A stretch of DNA of 64,000 nucleotides, from the NCBI GenBank assembly GCA_950097015.1, contig CATNEN010000001.1:22692001-22756000 (forward strand), written 5' to 3'. Numbering within the stretch: position 1 is the stretch's first letter; every line of letters starts with the position of its first letter. Of this stretch, positions 13,344 to 26,475 are shown in pieces. Position numbers and translations under genes: made by a program. Source of the stretch: Macrostomum hystrix. Its lineage: Eukaryota > Animalia > Platyhelminthes. The notes under the pieces are model-generated. The model did not search any database. It was not told where the DNA came from and saw only the letters and a list, made by a program, of their open reading frames with translations.

Positions 13344-15817
13344 ATGGCCCTGCTCAGTTTATACGGTGGTGTCCTCAGTGAGCTGCTCAAAACCTGCCGC
13401 ATTAATCGGAACGCTGATCTGCCGCTGCCTCGGATTCCCGGAGAGCCTCCACTGCTGAAGCTGCTGCAATCATCGCCATCAGAGGCAGATCGAATGTGCG
13501 AGCTTGTCCTGTCCATTTCGAACCCCAACGAAGCCAAAAGCTCTTCTCACAAGTCCGACTTCACATGGATGTCGCCCTATCACTCGGTAGTTTGCAGGAT
13601 TCTAGACAATGGGAGCCCTCTGAATTTGCCAAGCAACGATGAGCACCGTCAGTTTCTACTTTACGACTTATTTCGAGTGGCCTTCAACTGCCTCAAAGGC
13701 TGCCAGATCTCGGAGCTGAGGCTTCAGTGCGACCTTGCCTTGGCAGAGAGTTTGTTCGATTTCGAGAGACGGCCAAATCAAAAGCGAATCGCTGGCTTTC
13801 TCTCCTCTGCGTTTTTGCTGCTGCATCTCGTGCGGGTTGCGGACGCTAAACTCCTCACCGCCTCCGAGGAGGGCTCAAGCCTGTGCATTCGAGTCAACGA
13901 TGGACCCGAGTGTCCTCTAGGCTGGCTACCGTTTGACTTGAAGGGTGAGCAGCCCTTGCGGTTTGTGGAAGAACTACAAAAGCTGTTGATGGCCTCGGCG
14001 TCACGCAACTCAACGCCAATCCACATTTGTGTGCTCTTTGATGAACTTGGCATGAGCCACTGGTACCTGAGCGAAAGGGGCGCGGATCACCAGCACGACA
14101 GACTGCCGAACCACGACACAAGCCTGATTGAGTTTGAAGCAAGCAGCGGGTCCGTAACTGTCACAGTGACAGCCTTTGATGACTGTGAGGACAAGTACAG
14201 CAGTTTCAAAACACGGCTGACGGCTGCGCACCCCATCCCAGAGAAATATAAAGACGATGAACTTCTGCTGACATCAGTTCGACTTCTACTCAAGTTAATG
14301 GTGGACGACAACAATTTCTCGATTCACTTCTTTTGCCTGGCTGTTCCGTGCAGAACGACAGGAAGTTGGCTGGACATCGTGGAAAGACGGTACGCACTAA
14401 TCATGTTTCATCTACGAGCGTATATCTAAAAACTTGTTATTTTTAAAGCATGAACAAATAAACGACTAACCTCCTTACAGGGAGTTGCGAAGTTCTGCAT
14501 ATGAACGGGCGACACCAGGTTTAACACCCTTGGTGAGTGACGTCAGAATGGCAGCAAGTCCTCCGTTTCTTTCACGCTTCAAGCTGATTTCAATTTCTCA
14601 AATGCATTTTCAGGCGGCACCAGTCTCTCTGCACCAGGCGGCAGCGGACGGGAACGCAGCGTTGGTGGCTCGAATCGCGGGTTCAAGCCCATCATCAGTG
14701 GATGAGAGGCAAGTTGATCTCCCTCATCGCACTGCTCTGCTGTGTACTGCAGCTGCTTCGCTGGAAGACTTTGCTCAGGGCAGCAAGTCACATGCCGAGT
14801 GTGCTCACATTTTGATCGACAAAGGAGCTGATGTTCGAAGCGCTGATTCTCTCCGACACTCGCTTTTGCACTGCGCAGTTCCGTCTGGCAACACACCGCT
14901 GGTACAGCAGCTGCTGACTGAGACCGAAGCAGATCCCAACTGCAGAGACTGTGAGGACAGGACGCCGTTGCAGCTCGCTGTGGATGAGGAAAATGTAGCG
15001 ATCGCAGAGCTGCTCTTACGGAATGGAGCAGCGGTCTCCAGGAACAAAGATGGAAGTTGCATTGAACTCGCGAAGGCCATTGGTATTGAGAATATTGAGC
15101 TGGTGGAACTGCTTCTCAAGGCTGAATCCGAGTGTCTATCGGATCAACACTTCTCCAAGTACTATTGGACGGCGTGGAAACTAGACGCTACACGAATCTG
15201 CAGCGCTTTGATTCGGTGAGTGGATGGCGAAAGAGGCAGTTGGAATGTACCTTATAAGTACTTTTGAGACTTACTAGTTGCACACATTTACTCAAATGTG
15301 GTTTCAAATATTATTTCCAGATGGAAGTTCAACCAGACAGAAAGCGAAATCCTGGTAAGTTTATTGTGGCGTGTTCTATTATGCAGCTGAAAGAATATCT
15401 GTCGAAAATAACGAATTTCAGACCGCCGTCCGACTTGGCGAGCTGGCTTCTCAGGGCGATGTGAAGCAACTAGCCGGAGAGGTTAACAACCAAAACTGCG
15501 ACCTCAGAGACTGGGACTGCAGAACTCCGCTCATGTGGGCCGCCATCGGATGCTGCGATCCGACAGATGAGCATGCAGAGTGTGCTCAACTGCTGCTCAG
15601 ACTGGGGGCCAAGCATGGGCTCGTAGACCTGGATGGAAACACCTCCCTGCACCTTGCAGCCGCTTCTGGCAATAACCAGGTGATCAAGCATCTTCTGAAT
15701 CACGGAGCCAGTCTCCAAGCCACAAACCTGGAGGGTGAGCGGCCTGAGCAAGTCGCCGAGCACAATGGACAGCTGAGTGCTTTTGATATGGTTAACCACT
15801 CGACCTTGATCAAATGA
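13344..15817 (+). CDS. Ankyrin-repeat protein with a ~350 aa N-terminal domain of unknown function. Exons: 13344-14389, 14481-14532, 14614-15215, 15321-15354, 15422-15817
   Basis: Ankyrin motifs SLHQAAADGN, HSLLHCAV, RTPLQLAV, RTPLMWAA, GNTSLHLAAASG. GT-AG introns keep the frame. Confidence 0.8.
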
Positions 15818-16140
15818 CAAAAAGATCTTTATGTGAACCCGTCAATCATGAAAATAATTCAGAGCATATGCACAGAAGGAAATTTCCAGATAAAGACATA
15901 GGAAAGTACAGCAACAAAGGCCTGTCCAATCACAAATGGCGTGAGACAAGGTTGTCCCTTGTCGCAGCTACCATTTTACCTATACATAGACCCATTGTGT
16001 GCTATGTTAAATGAGTCATTCCACATCAACACCGATATAATGAATGAAGAAATCAACTACCTACTCTATTGTGATGACCTAGTTATTTTCGGCGAAGATC
16101 TAACAGAACTACAAAAGGGTCTGTTGGAGACTGTTGGATG
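15777..16140 (+). mobile_element. Degenerate non-LTR retrotransposon reverse-transcriptase fragment
   Basis: RT motifs AFDMVNH, GVRQGCPLS..F.LYID and LYCDDL in the expected order, interrupted by stops and frameshifts. Confidence 0.8.
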
Positions 16141-16802
16141 CCGTTGCAGCTCGGTGCGATTGAGGTCGAAAATGTAGCTATGTGAGTTTTATGAGATGGA
16201 TTATCGCTTTCTTGACCTTTTGATTGATTTTAGGTAACATGATTGGTTTGATTGTTGGTCGCTATGACATAAATATGGATTTGATACTATTAATAGTAGT
16301 TACATGACTTTTGATTGATTCGATAGTCCTTTTTTGGTGAAATGAATCACATGCTGATGCTGTACTTGTATGTTTTTTCGATGTTTTAGTATTTTATTTC
16401 TAAAAATACTACTAAGCGGATGAGTAGAGTAGTTAGCGCATGATTGGTTAAAAGAAACATTACCGTAATTCTGCTCTCTACAGAATATGATTGGCTGACT
16501 GACGCAATACGGGATGAATATGATTGGCTGATTGACGCAATATGGGATGAATATGATTGGCTGAAATGAGGCAGGGGCCGTTTTTTATCTATAAAATTAA
16601 ACTGCAAAATACTATTCAATTGCAACTGGCAAAGCATTGTTTGCATGCTGATCAATCTGCTCAATCGGAAACTTTCTTCTGATGAAATTTGCCGATGAAA
16701 TTTTATGTTGTTGGACAAACTTCGACACCAACATTTCGTGAAAATCAAACCTTAAACCCAACAGCAAAGTTGTCAGTTTACCATTTTATATGGTATATGA
16801 TC

Positions 16803-16963
16803 AAGGATCTGCTGCTCAAGGATCTGCTGCCCAAGGATCTGCTGCCCAAGGATCTGCTGCTCAAGGATCTGCTGCCCAAGGATCTGCTGCTCAAGGATCT
16901 GCTGCTCAAGGATCTGCTGCTCAAGGATCTGCTGCCCAAGGATCTGCTGCTCAAGGATCTGCT
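16803..16963. repeat. 15 bp tandem repeat (AAGGATCTGCTGC[T/C]C)
   Basis: About 11 direct copies; accounts for three overlapping low-complexity ORFs. Confidence 0.95.
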
Positions 16964-17445
16964 GCGGCTGGAAAGTGAGTTTTTTAGCCGAGTTTTCAAG
17001 ACTTCTTTAATTGGATTTTAAGGCCAAATTCGAAATTGTAGCCTCAAAATTAACTAAATTTTATCGTTTTCACATAGCCTAAGCCTTTTTGTTCTGATCT
17101 TAGACCATCGAAACGTGCACTCGTTTCAATTATTTGTCTCAAATTGTGCATGTCTCATTGTAAAGTACCTGAGTGTTTAAGGTGAGTTCGTTTGTATTTT
17201 CTTAGAAACATTCATAGTCCGGATAATCTCTGTCACTCTCGTAACTGCTCATTTACCTGTTCAATCGAGGTGCTGAGTTTTAAAATATGTATTTAGTTTG
17301 AATCAAAATTGAACGCAATAAATCTAAATAGATAAAAAGCGAGTGCAGCAATAGAAAAATGCAAATAATTAAACTATTCTGAATTTCTAGCAATCTCCAT
17401 GAGTATCTGCTTTTTACCCGCATTGCAGCACAGTCTCGGGAACAA

Positions 17446-17550
17446 CCAAGGACCACTAGAAGAAGGACGGGACACTTCTTTTCTTGGAAAATTCATCAAA
17501 GGCAGATTTTCACGGAAAAATGCACCAGCGAAATAGGAACTTTTCACGTG
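17446..17550. mobile_element. Solo TIR fragment of the 22927-24394 element family
   Basis: CAAGGACCACTAGAAGAAGGACGGGACACTT...GGAACTTTTCAC matches the left end at 22927. Confidence 0.7.
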
Positions 17551-19198
17551 TTTAATATTTGCGAGCTCTTAAAAGCTTCATTTATGAATAATTAACCCTC
17601 CTTTTCTTTTCGTTTGGTAATTATATCTTTTAAGTTTGTGTTGGTCTTAAATTACTATTGGTCTTAATATGACGATTCTCAATATATATTATTTATAGTA
17701 TTGTCGATTCTTAAAGAAAATTATTTTTATAATAGACCTCTTAGAAAAAGCAACTCATAAAATAAATTTTTCCTAGAATTAAAGATTCTTAGAATAAACA
17801 CTTCTCAGAATGAAAGGTTATCAGTATGAACGATAATTAGAGTTAATTATTCTTAAAATGAACGTCATTAGACATTACCGATTCGTGTGATATTTTAAGA
17901 TAAACCTACGCTCATATTTTTACTATGAACGATTCTTAGAATAATTGAATCTTAAAATAAGCGATTCTTAGATTGAATGGTTAATAGATTGAGAGCTGCT
18001 TAATAACGATTCTTAGAATAAACGCTTATTACTCGTATAATGATCGGTTATTAGTATGAAAGAAAATTAGAAAGAATTGTTCTTAGAATCAACATCAATT
18101 AAAATTAACGATTCGTGTGATATTCTAAGACAAACCTATGCTCGTATTTTTTAAATGAACGATTCATTCAATTTCCAAAAACTTTGAGATTTTCGCATGA
18201 TTGCTATACGATTCTTAAATTAATCCTAAACTTTTGACAAGAGTTTTTAGAAAAGGGTTTTAGTTGTCCCTGGTACTTATGCCTTCAAAACAAAGACCTG
18301 TTAAGCTGTTGTTCGAGCTCTGTGTCGACCTGAACGAAGCAGACAAAATTTGGTTTCTAGACTGACACTTGAAATGATCTCAATTTAGGCCCAATTTAGA
18401 TTATTATGCATTGATTTCGCTAATCATAAATGGCGCACGAGACTTGCTGCTGAAGCATTGCTGAGCTGACTGCAGAACCCACAGACATGCATGCAGATGG
18501 ATCCTGACCCTCATTCACACTGCCATCAAACGAGACCAAAACACGATTGTACATTCATTTAATGGCAACTCATTTGCACATCAAATGTAAACGTGCATAG
18601 CATCGCAGAACGAGAGAATAATAATGGAACTTCTCAACTGACTGCATGTCGACTGTGAACACATCAGAGACCCATATGCAAGTGGAAAAAAATATTCTTT
18701 TGAATTTTATAATAGAGGCAAGATGCTTTCATATGGCTGGTACATTTATTTGTTTTAAAACTTAACATTCTCGTACGAATACATGATAATTGAAAAATAA
18801 TCATCACATCAATTGATGCTCGATAAGAGATATATTAGCTAACTGAAAGCACTTTTGCTGGCGCGAAATTGAAAATTCATCAAGCCGTTATTTAGGTTTT
18901 CCGCTGAGACAAAAGAAAAGTTATACGAAATTAGCTCATGCACTAAAGGCACAGGTTTGATAATTTCTGGTAAGACACTGAAAATCAGTTTGAAAAGTGA
19001 AAAATTTAGCAGCTTACGATTTAAAGTTCAAGAAGAAATAATTTTAACTTTGATGAGAGTTGAATAAAATGTGGATTTGAAGACAGCTAAAAGACACGGT
19101 CATGTGATGCTATGTCGAACGTCATCCCGTCAGCATCACAAGTTTGGTTGAATCCAGTTGAGTGTTGGCAAATGTCGAGTTCAGCCGCCGGAATTCTG

Positions 19199-20340
19199 TC
19201 AACGAGTGTCGGAATCTGCTCGTCCATTCACTTTCTGGTGCACCGGGACACCGTCCTGCTGAGCGCACTGCAGCAGCGTCTCCAAGAATAAATCTCTCAG
19301 GTGGAGCCTTCGGCCTCGGAACTTCTGTTGGTCGAAGGTAATCAGGGCGTAGCGCAGCTCGAAGTACAGGTTGGCGTGCACCAGGTAGACCACTCCGAAT
19401 TTCAGGCTACGAAGGACATGTTTGAACTTTTCTGTACAGTCCCCGTCGAGCCCTCCAGTGGCGCGCTGGAATCTGTCTTGGTCACCTTCCGCACAGGGTT
19501 GCTCATGCAGGTGGCGCACGGGCAGTTGTGCAGCAGTATGTTCTCGCCATCGATTCTGTCCACAAATCGAATTTCCCTTTCCTCCTGCTTCTTAATAATA
19601 AGTCTGCATGCTTTTCAGAGCAGCTGAAGTACTCGGGTGGCCCGAAATTTATGCTCTTCACTGACACCTTGACGTCTCCACGCCCAGGGACGGTAATGCG
19701 GATATCCCACTTTTTGCTCTCGCGGCAGTAAACACATCCGGGAAAATTGAACTCGGGATGAAAGCTGACGTGAACCAGTGCCAGGTACTCGCTTAGAATC
19801 GAATCATTATTTGTGTCTTGCTTCTCACTGTGGCGAATCATCTCGAGCAGGCACGGAATCTCAATCGCTCGCTGGTTGCCACCACCGCCGCTGACCATGA
19901 AGGTGAGGCTTGCATCCCTGAGCAGCAAGTAGAGGGTAGCGGCGGCAAGGCCCTCTGAGTATGATTTGGGAACATCGACCACAGCTCGGTCAGTCAGACG
20001 CCAAGCTTTGTCAATCAGTGGATTCGCAGCATCGGGTTGAGGAGCAGCTGGCTGGTTTTCATGGTCACGGAAGACAGGCCTTGACACGCTACCGATGCTT
20101 TCAACGGATGTTTTGCTTAGGAAAAGATTAAAGGCTCTGTCATAATTCTCTTTAAAAGCAGACTCACACGAGGTCAGAACCGTTAGCAGAGCGGAAATCT
20201 CCCGGACATGAACACGAATACGATCAGACAGACCAGGCACAGAGACCAGCTTGCACTGTTACGAGGTCCGGCCGGCAAGTAAGGCCGCCGGTCAGATTCC
20301 TTTCCACGCTGGTCAACCTGCTCAGGAGAGGTAACGAGAG
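19199..20340 (-). pseudogene. Frameshifted coding region of unknown function, possibly a distant paralog of the 13344 N-terminal domain
   Basis: A GC-rich island with a 245 aa ORF (20240-19503) that continues in other frames to 19199. No recognisable family motif. Confidence 0.4.
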
Positions 20341-22926
20341 CTAAGGTGTAGTCGTGTCGTATGCTGCCTGTGTTCTATGTGCCTGTTAGCTTTTCTTTAA
20401 TAGCTTTCGCCAATCTTTTCATTTTGTCATTAGTTTAGTATCTCTGCGGTCGAGCCTTGAATCTTCGGATTAGGTTTTGGCCATAGTGTAAGCCTTTGTC
20501 GTAGTCATTGTTTGTAGCCTGTAGTTAGGAGTTTAGCTTGGCTGCGGCCGCTGGTGCTGTAGTCGAGGCCGTCCAGGTTTTCGCTCCGCCGCCGATTTGC
20601 CGAAATTTTCGGCAGTCCTAGACAATCCTCCTGTTTGTCAATTTTTCAGTTTTGTTTAAAAAACATTGCATTTGCTAAAACAAAAAATATTTTCAATTCC
20701 TTTTATTGCCTCTGCGGTTTGATGACGTTTTTCAATTTGCCAATATCTTGCTGAATTTTGCCTTTGGTTTTTGTTCGAATTTCTGCCATTCGTCGTTCAG
20801 TTTTGCCACTCGATATTCCGTTTTGCCGTTCGTCTTTGAAATTTAATGCCTGTTTTTGTCTCACTTGAACTGCCATTGTTTACCTCATTTTTAAAATACT
20901 TCTAGACCGCTATTCAAATAACTCTAATAACGTAGCAAAAATTTAGAAATCGTTTTTTTTTCGCTAGCCATTTCGATGTTCGTAGCCACTACTTTTAGTA
21001 GGCCTATAAGCTTCTGAGAGGGAGGCGAGTGTGACGTTGTCTCTCTAATTTAATGTAATTTTAATATGCTAGTTCGAATTATGTGCATTATTTTCGTTAG
21101 CTATATTTGTTAGGGATATTTCTTCGGTTTTCCATTAATATTTATAATGGTTTTGTTTTAGTGTGCTACATAGTCGTAGTTCGTATTCAAATGTGCTAAT
21201 TAGGCCTTTCCAGGAAGGCTCCCTCCCTCCCCCGGGCTTGTTCTACGACTGAGTGCTGGTTATTTTATCAGTGGCTAATTTGATCTGTAGCCGTAGCTGT
21301 GTTTCAAGTGAAATTCATTGAGTAGTTCTGTAACCCATCTAAGATATAGCCAGCATTCGCCGTAAAGAAGATCTCTTAATTCGAAGGCCCAATTTATTGC
21401 ATGAGAGTGCTTTCCGCTACGAAGTTTTTGTAACGATTGATAATTTACCTTACTATTAAAATATACCGAAACTGCTACGCCTACTCGTTGGAACCGAAAC
21501 TTCGTCAAAATTAGATAGATGGATATCGCTATTGCATTTATAATATACAAGGATTGATGACTCATCATACTTTACCTTCTGACAAATAATGCACTGCCAT
21601 GTCCACACTAGTTGATTCAACTTGAAACTTGTACTTTCGCACATCGTCGGCAACAAAAATATCAAAAATAGGCATTTTCTGTCCAAATACTTTTAAGGCT
21701 TTTGACAATTAACTTTTTAGGTAAGTTTATTTGGACTTTTTAACCTAACCTACTAAACCAAGGAACTCTCAATAGCTAAGATCCAAAGAAAATGTTCAAA
21801 CTATTTGGTAACAATTGAAACAAAGTAACCAATAGTATTTGAAGTATCAGTCTAATAACTGCAACTCGAAAGTATAATAAAAAATTATATTTGGACAAGA
21901 AATAGCCAAAAACTAGCTACTCTAATGAAAATGTAAGAAACTACTAAACGTTCGAATGAAACAAGCCAAGTTAACTGTCAAAGCTTAAAAAACTGCTACA
22001 GGACCAATTTTAATATACAAGAGAAGCCTGTATGACAGTTGGAACATTAATTAAATTCTGAATAAAATACACGAAAGTTCGGATGTCAAATTTGTGCGCT
22101 ACGGCTACTGTCCACACTCCGGAAGGTGTACATTACGCCGGATTAATCCGGCGTACATTTGGCTTGGCTAACCCTTTCTTCGCGTACAGTTGGCGTACAA
22201 AAAAAGTTTTTATGCGTCTGGCGTACAACTGGCGTAACTTGTGCGCTGGACCAGACCGACCGACTACGTTAAACACGTTGACGTTAAACACAAATTATAA
22301 TGACAATAGTATTTAAATAAAAAAAAATTCAGCGCGGTCCAAATTAACAACTTGTTTATTGTATTGTCAGCAATAAAAATATTTTGACAATTTATTTAGA
22401 TTGACAGTATCGTATTGCTAAAAGAATGGCTGTGAAATACGTAATATTGTGTACTTTTAAAATAAACAATGTCTGGATTTGAATTTTTCGTTTTCTTTTT
22501 TTCGTTATAATCTTTTAAGTGTATAAATCCTTGACTTCCGGACATTCTGGTCAGGGCCAGTTGCTCATGCAATGCATAGAATTAAGAAGCGAAAAATAAT
22601 TATTGATTCTGATTCTAAATCGTCAGAATCACAAGTTGACGTTGATGACGAAGTATCAGTGGCTGTGGATCTGAAGCCTGAGCCTGAATCTGAAGATAAA
22701 GTTGACTCTGACGTCTCTGATGATACATTTTTGTTCTTTTTCCCGTGCTTTTCCACTCTATACACTTTGTGTGTTTGTACTCGTTTATACAGTCCTTTTG
22801 CGCAAGAAAATCAGTTGCAAATTTTGGCGTACAATTAGGTGAGAAAAATTCTAATGTCGGCGTACATCGGCGTACAAACATGTCCATTTTCAATCCGGCG
22901 TACACCCAGCACCAGCATGATCCGGA

Positions 22927-24394
22927 CAAGGACCACTAGAAGAAGGACGGGACACTTCGTTTCTTAAAAAATCTATTAGAGGCTGATTTTTACAGAAAAA
23001 TGCACTAGTGAGATAGGAACTTTTCACTTTTTTTCAACTTCAAATGTTGATAACTTTTTATTGGAAGCAGATACAAAGCTCTTCTTTTGATATATCTTAG
23101 TATATATTTTAGTAAACTAGCTAGTAAAATTTTTGTAGATAGGCAAATAGATGGTTAAACTATAATATTTGATGACTTCATGACATAATAAATAGCAATG
23201 TGCACACCATGTACCAAAATTAAAAAATGATATGAGTAGGAAAGAATAAACTATTTAACTACAAATTAAAAGTGCCAAATTTAAAAGAAAAATATAACCT
23301 TTCAGCTAATGTTTGCCATTGTTTAAATAAAAATAAAAACAAGAATGTCTGGATAAAATCAGAGCAAATAATAATCATTGTTTAAGAAATAATGGAAAAG
23401 CTAGCTAAAGTATAAAATAATGACAATATAGCTAAACATACATGCACAACACCCGGCCAAACCGGCTGGGTGAAACGAGGGCCAAGCAAGTTAAGTCGCA
23501 AAAACCAATCAACCAAGCACAAAAAAATCAAAGGGGGGACCAAGGGACAATGAGCTAAGTTGCAAATAAAAGCAAACTAAGTCGCAAAAGAGAGCAAACT
23601 AAGTCATAAATAGAACAATGAATGAATGTATGTCACATTTTAGGCTAAAAACTAAGTTGCATGGCTGGCTAAGATTTGGGAGGTTGCACATGTATGTAGC
23701 TAAAATAGGCCTAAGCAAAGTCTAAAAACAAGAGAAAACAAGCTAGGTTTAAATCATTTGCTTGGATTCATATATTTTTTTAAGTATAATAGAATATTGA
23801 TTCTTAATGAAATAGATCCTGTCTTGATAAACATTTAAAAACAGGCAACGCTTCATTCAGCTTTTTGTGGGCCTCGAAGCAGATGTGGCAAACATGTCGG
23901 AATTTACAGCTGGAACTGTAGCAATAACTAGGTCTAGGCATAGCTAGTATATATGTAGCTATATATTTAAATACTTATTTTATATAGAAATTATAAAACA
24001 AAAATGAAGAAGCTGTGAGTTGAGCATACAATTATAACCAGCTATTTTTATGATTTATTGCTAATAAAAAGATGTATTAGATTAAACAGAGATTGTAAAA
24101 TTCAAGTTTGTCACTAGTTAGCTTCAGACTATAATTGCTGCATGGTATAGTAACCAAAATAATATGATGATCAATTATTAATGTAAAAATCTTTATAAAA
24201 TTCGTTGAAGCAACATATTTTGTAAGTTATATCAAAAGAAGAGCTTTGTATCTGCTTCCAATAAAAATTTATCAACATTTGAAGGTGAAAAAAAGTGAAA
24301 AGTTCCTATCTTGCTAGTGCATTTTCCATAAAAATCTGCCTTTAAATTTTCTAAGAAACGAAGTGTCCCGTCCTTCTTCTTCTAGTGGTCCTTG
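22927..24394. mobile_element. Non-autonomous DNA transposon, ~1.47 kb, with ~170 bp TIRs
   Basis: 22927-23095 is the reverse complement of ~24229-24394 (CAAGGACCACTAGAAG... / ...CTTCTAGTGGTCCTTG). AT-rich non-coding interior; no clear TSD. Confidence 0.85.
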
Positions 24395-26475
24395 GTATTG
24401 TACTACATTGCCCCCCTCCACCACAAAAATCAATGTCCTCATAACATAAGAATATGCCAAAATACACAAGCTAGAAAATATATTTCAGTAATATTGGTGG
24501 AAATAAAATGAAATAGGTGAAATCACAATTGAACAAAATATGTTTAGATGAATGTCATTAAAACTATGAAAGCACAATTTAGAAATTGTAAAACTAAAAG
24601 CAATTAGCAACTACATGGCACACAGAACACTTAGGGAAAAATTAACTGCTACATGAGTGCAGCTGCCTTACTGACAATAGGCAGGGCTGAGTTCAGAAAA
24701 TCACCCTCTGACAATGTGTTCAATATGTGCATTAGTAGTACACAGTGGACATGACTAAAGTGCAGTGTATTCACAATGACAACAAAAACACAACTGACAC
24801 TACAAATTACAAGGACAGTGAAAGCAAATATCAACGCAAGGTTAGTGAAAAACACATGCTTGAGTCTATCACTTTGGGTCACAATGAATGCAAAAATCAC
24901 AGTACAGAATGCAGCAGGAAGTAGAATACATGTATATCACTACAACTAGGATTGCATATGGTAGGAACACATACCTGCAGATAAAACAGGCAGCACTTAA
25001 AAATTGTCCAGAGGCAAGTGGATTGGCGACCAAGGCGGGCGGGCTGAACTCGGGGAGTCAGTGGACATCAGTGTGAAGTTGCCCTCCTGGGTCATGTAGG
25101 CACTGTGATGGCTCCATGTGGCAACGCCTCACAGTCAGCAGATGCTCTCTGGAGCAGCAGCCTCCAGGTCCATTGCAGGCACCATTGGTGTCCCAATCAG
25201 GCCGCAGTCTGTGGGCACGAGCTTGATGTTGCAGATTGCCATGTCAAGCTGCTGATGCCAGGGTGACTTCTGCACACCGTCTCCTCCAATGCCACTGTCC
25301 TGGATGATGCTGGAGTGTGCTCCGGCCAACTTTAAAACATTTAAATATGTACATATTTAAAAGTGGCAGGAGTATTGTACTACACATGGGATACTAAAGC
25401 TTGCTTATCAGTATAGAAGAATAAACAGATAGTGTTCTGAATTGTCTACAATTTGATTGATGCAGTTAAAAAGAAGATAGGTTTTTGCTTTTTGCAAAAA
25501 ATAAAAAAAAATTAATAAGTAAACACTATAGAATAATCTTTAGGGTAATTACACCATTTTTATATCATTTTATGATCATTTTAAGGACTAATAGGCCCTA
25601 TGTTTTCTAGTCTTCCATGACAATGGAGAGCCTTATTACCAGGGCATTTGTGTAGAGGATGCACGAGCTTATCAGTCTAGTCTTCCCTGCCATTCTCTAT
25701 TGAAATAATTTTTCAACTCAGCCACAAAAATGCCACTTATTCCAATTGGAATGCCAATAAGTGGGCCTTCTTGTCACAATAATTGGCATGGTAGCATAGC
25801 AGTGGTGTGGCAATGCTGGCATGGTACTGTGTCAATAAGCATTGCTGCTTTTGTAAAATATTAACATGGCATGTTTGCAACTAGTAACCTGCTTGTATAT
25901 TAGCTCTTCTAATATTTTAACTGATTAATTAGTGAGTTAGATATTAAGCAATGGTTGTACTCTTACTGTTAAGCTGCCTGCAGCAACAGCAGCAGCAGTG
26001 GCAGACTAGACAAGCCGGCTAAACAACAATATGGTTGCTCTAGTTGCAATGGAATCGGTTATGTGACAGTGACTAAATGACATCGCAGACAATGCGTGTT
26101 CTGTGACTCTACTGGTCTTGTTGAGAATCGAAATGCAGAGGGTATTGTGAGAACCATGTGTAGCCTTTAGCTTTAGCTTAGTAGTGGGAATGAGAAACAA
26201 TGTAACTAATCAGTTGCACAGTGCACAGTTTCCAATGTTTGTTTTGTTTGTTTGTATACACTAAAAGTATTAAAAGTATCAGTCATTAAGAGAATTTGCC
26301 ATATAAGTTGTATTTTTCAGCATATATTTTGGTTTTGTTCACAAAACTGGAACAGTAAGCTACAAAATATGATATTAAGTCTAAACACTGTAAAGTGTTG
26401 TGGAAGACATGGACACAATGTACATTTCATCAAATGCTTCAAATCTTAGTACTGCATTATATTTTCCAGCTCGAA

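Noticed and set aside
22083-22926. Short ORFs (acidic 22572-22838) and repeated GGCGTACA motifs
   Set aside because: No domain signal; likely a decayed transposon, but the termini could not be defined.
24888-25329. GC-richer patch with small ORFs upstream of the CIC-like gene
   Set aside because: No motif or consistent splice pattern supports a coding call.
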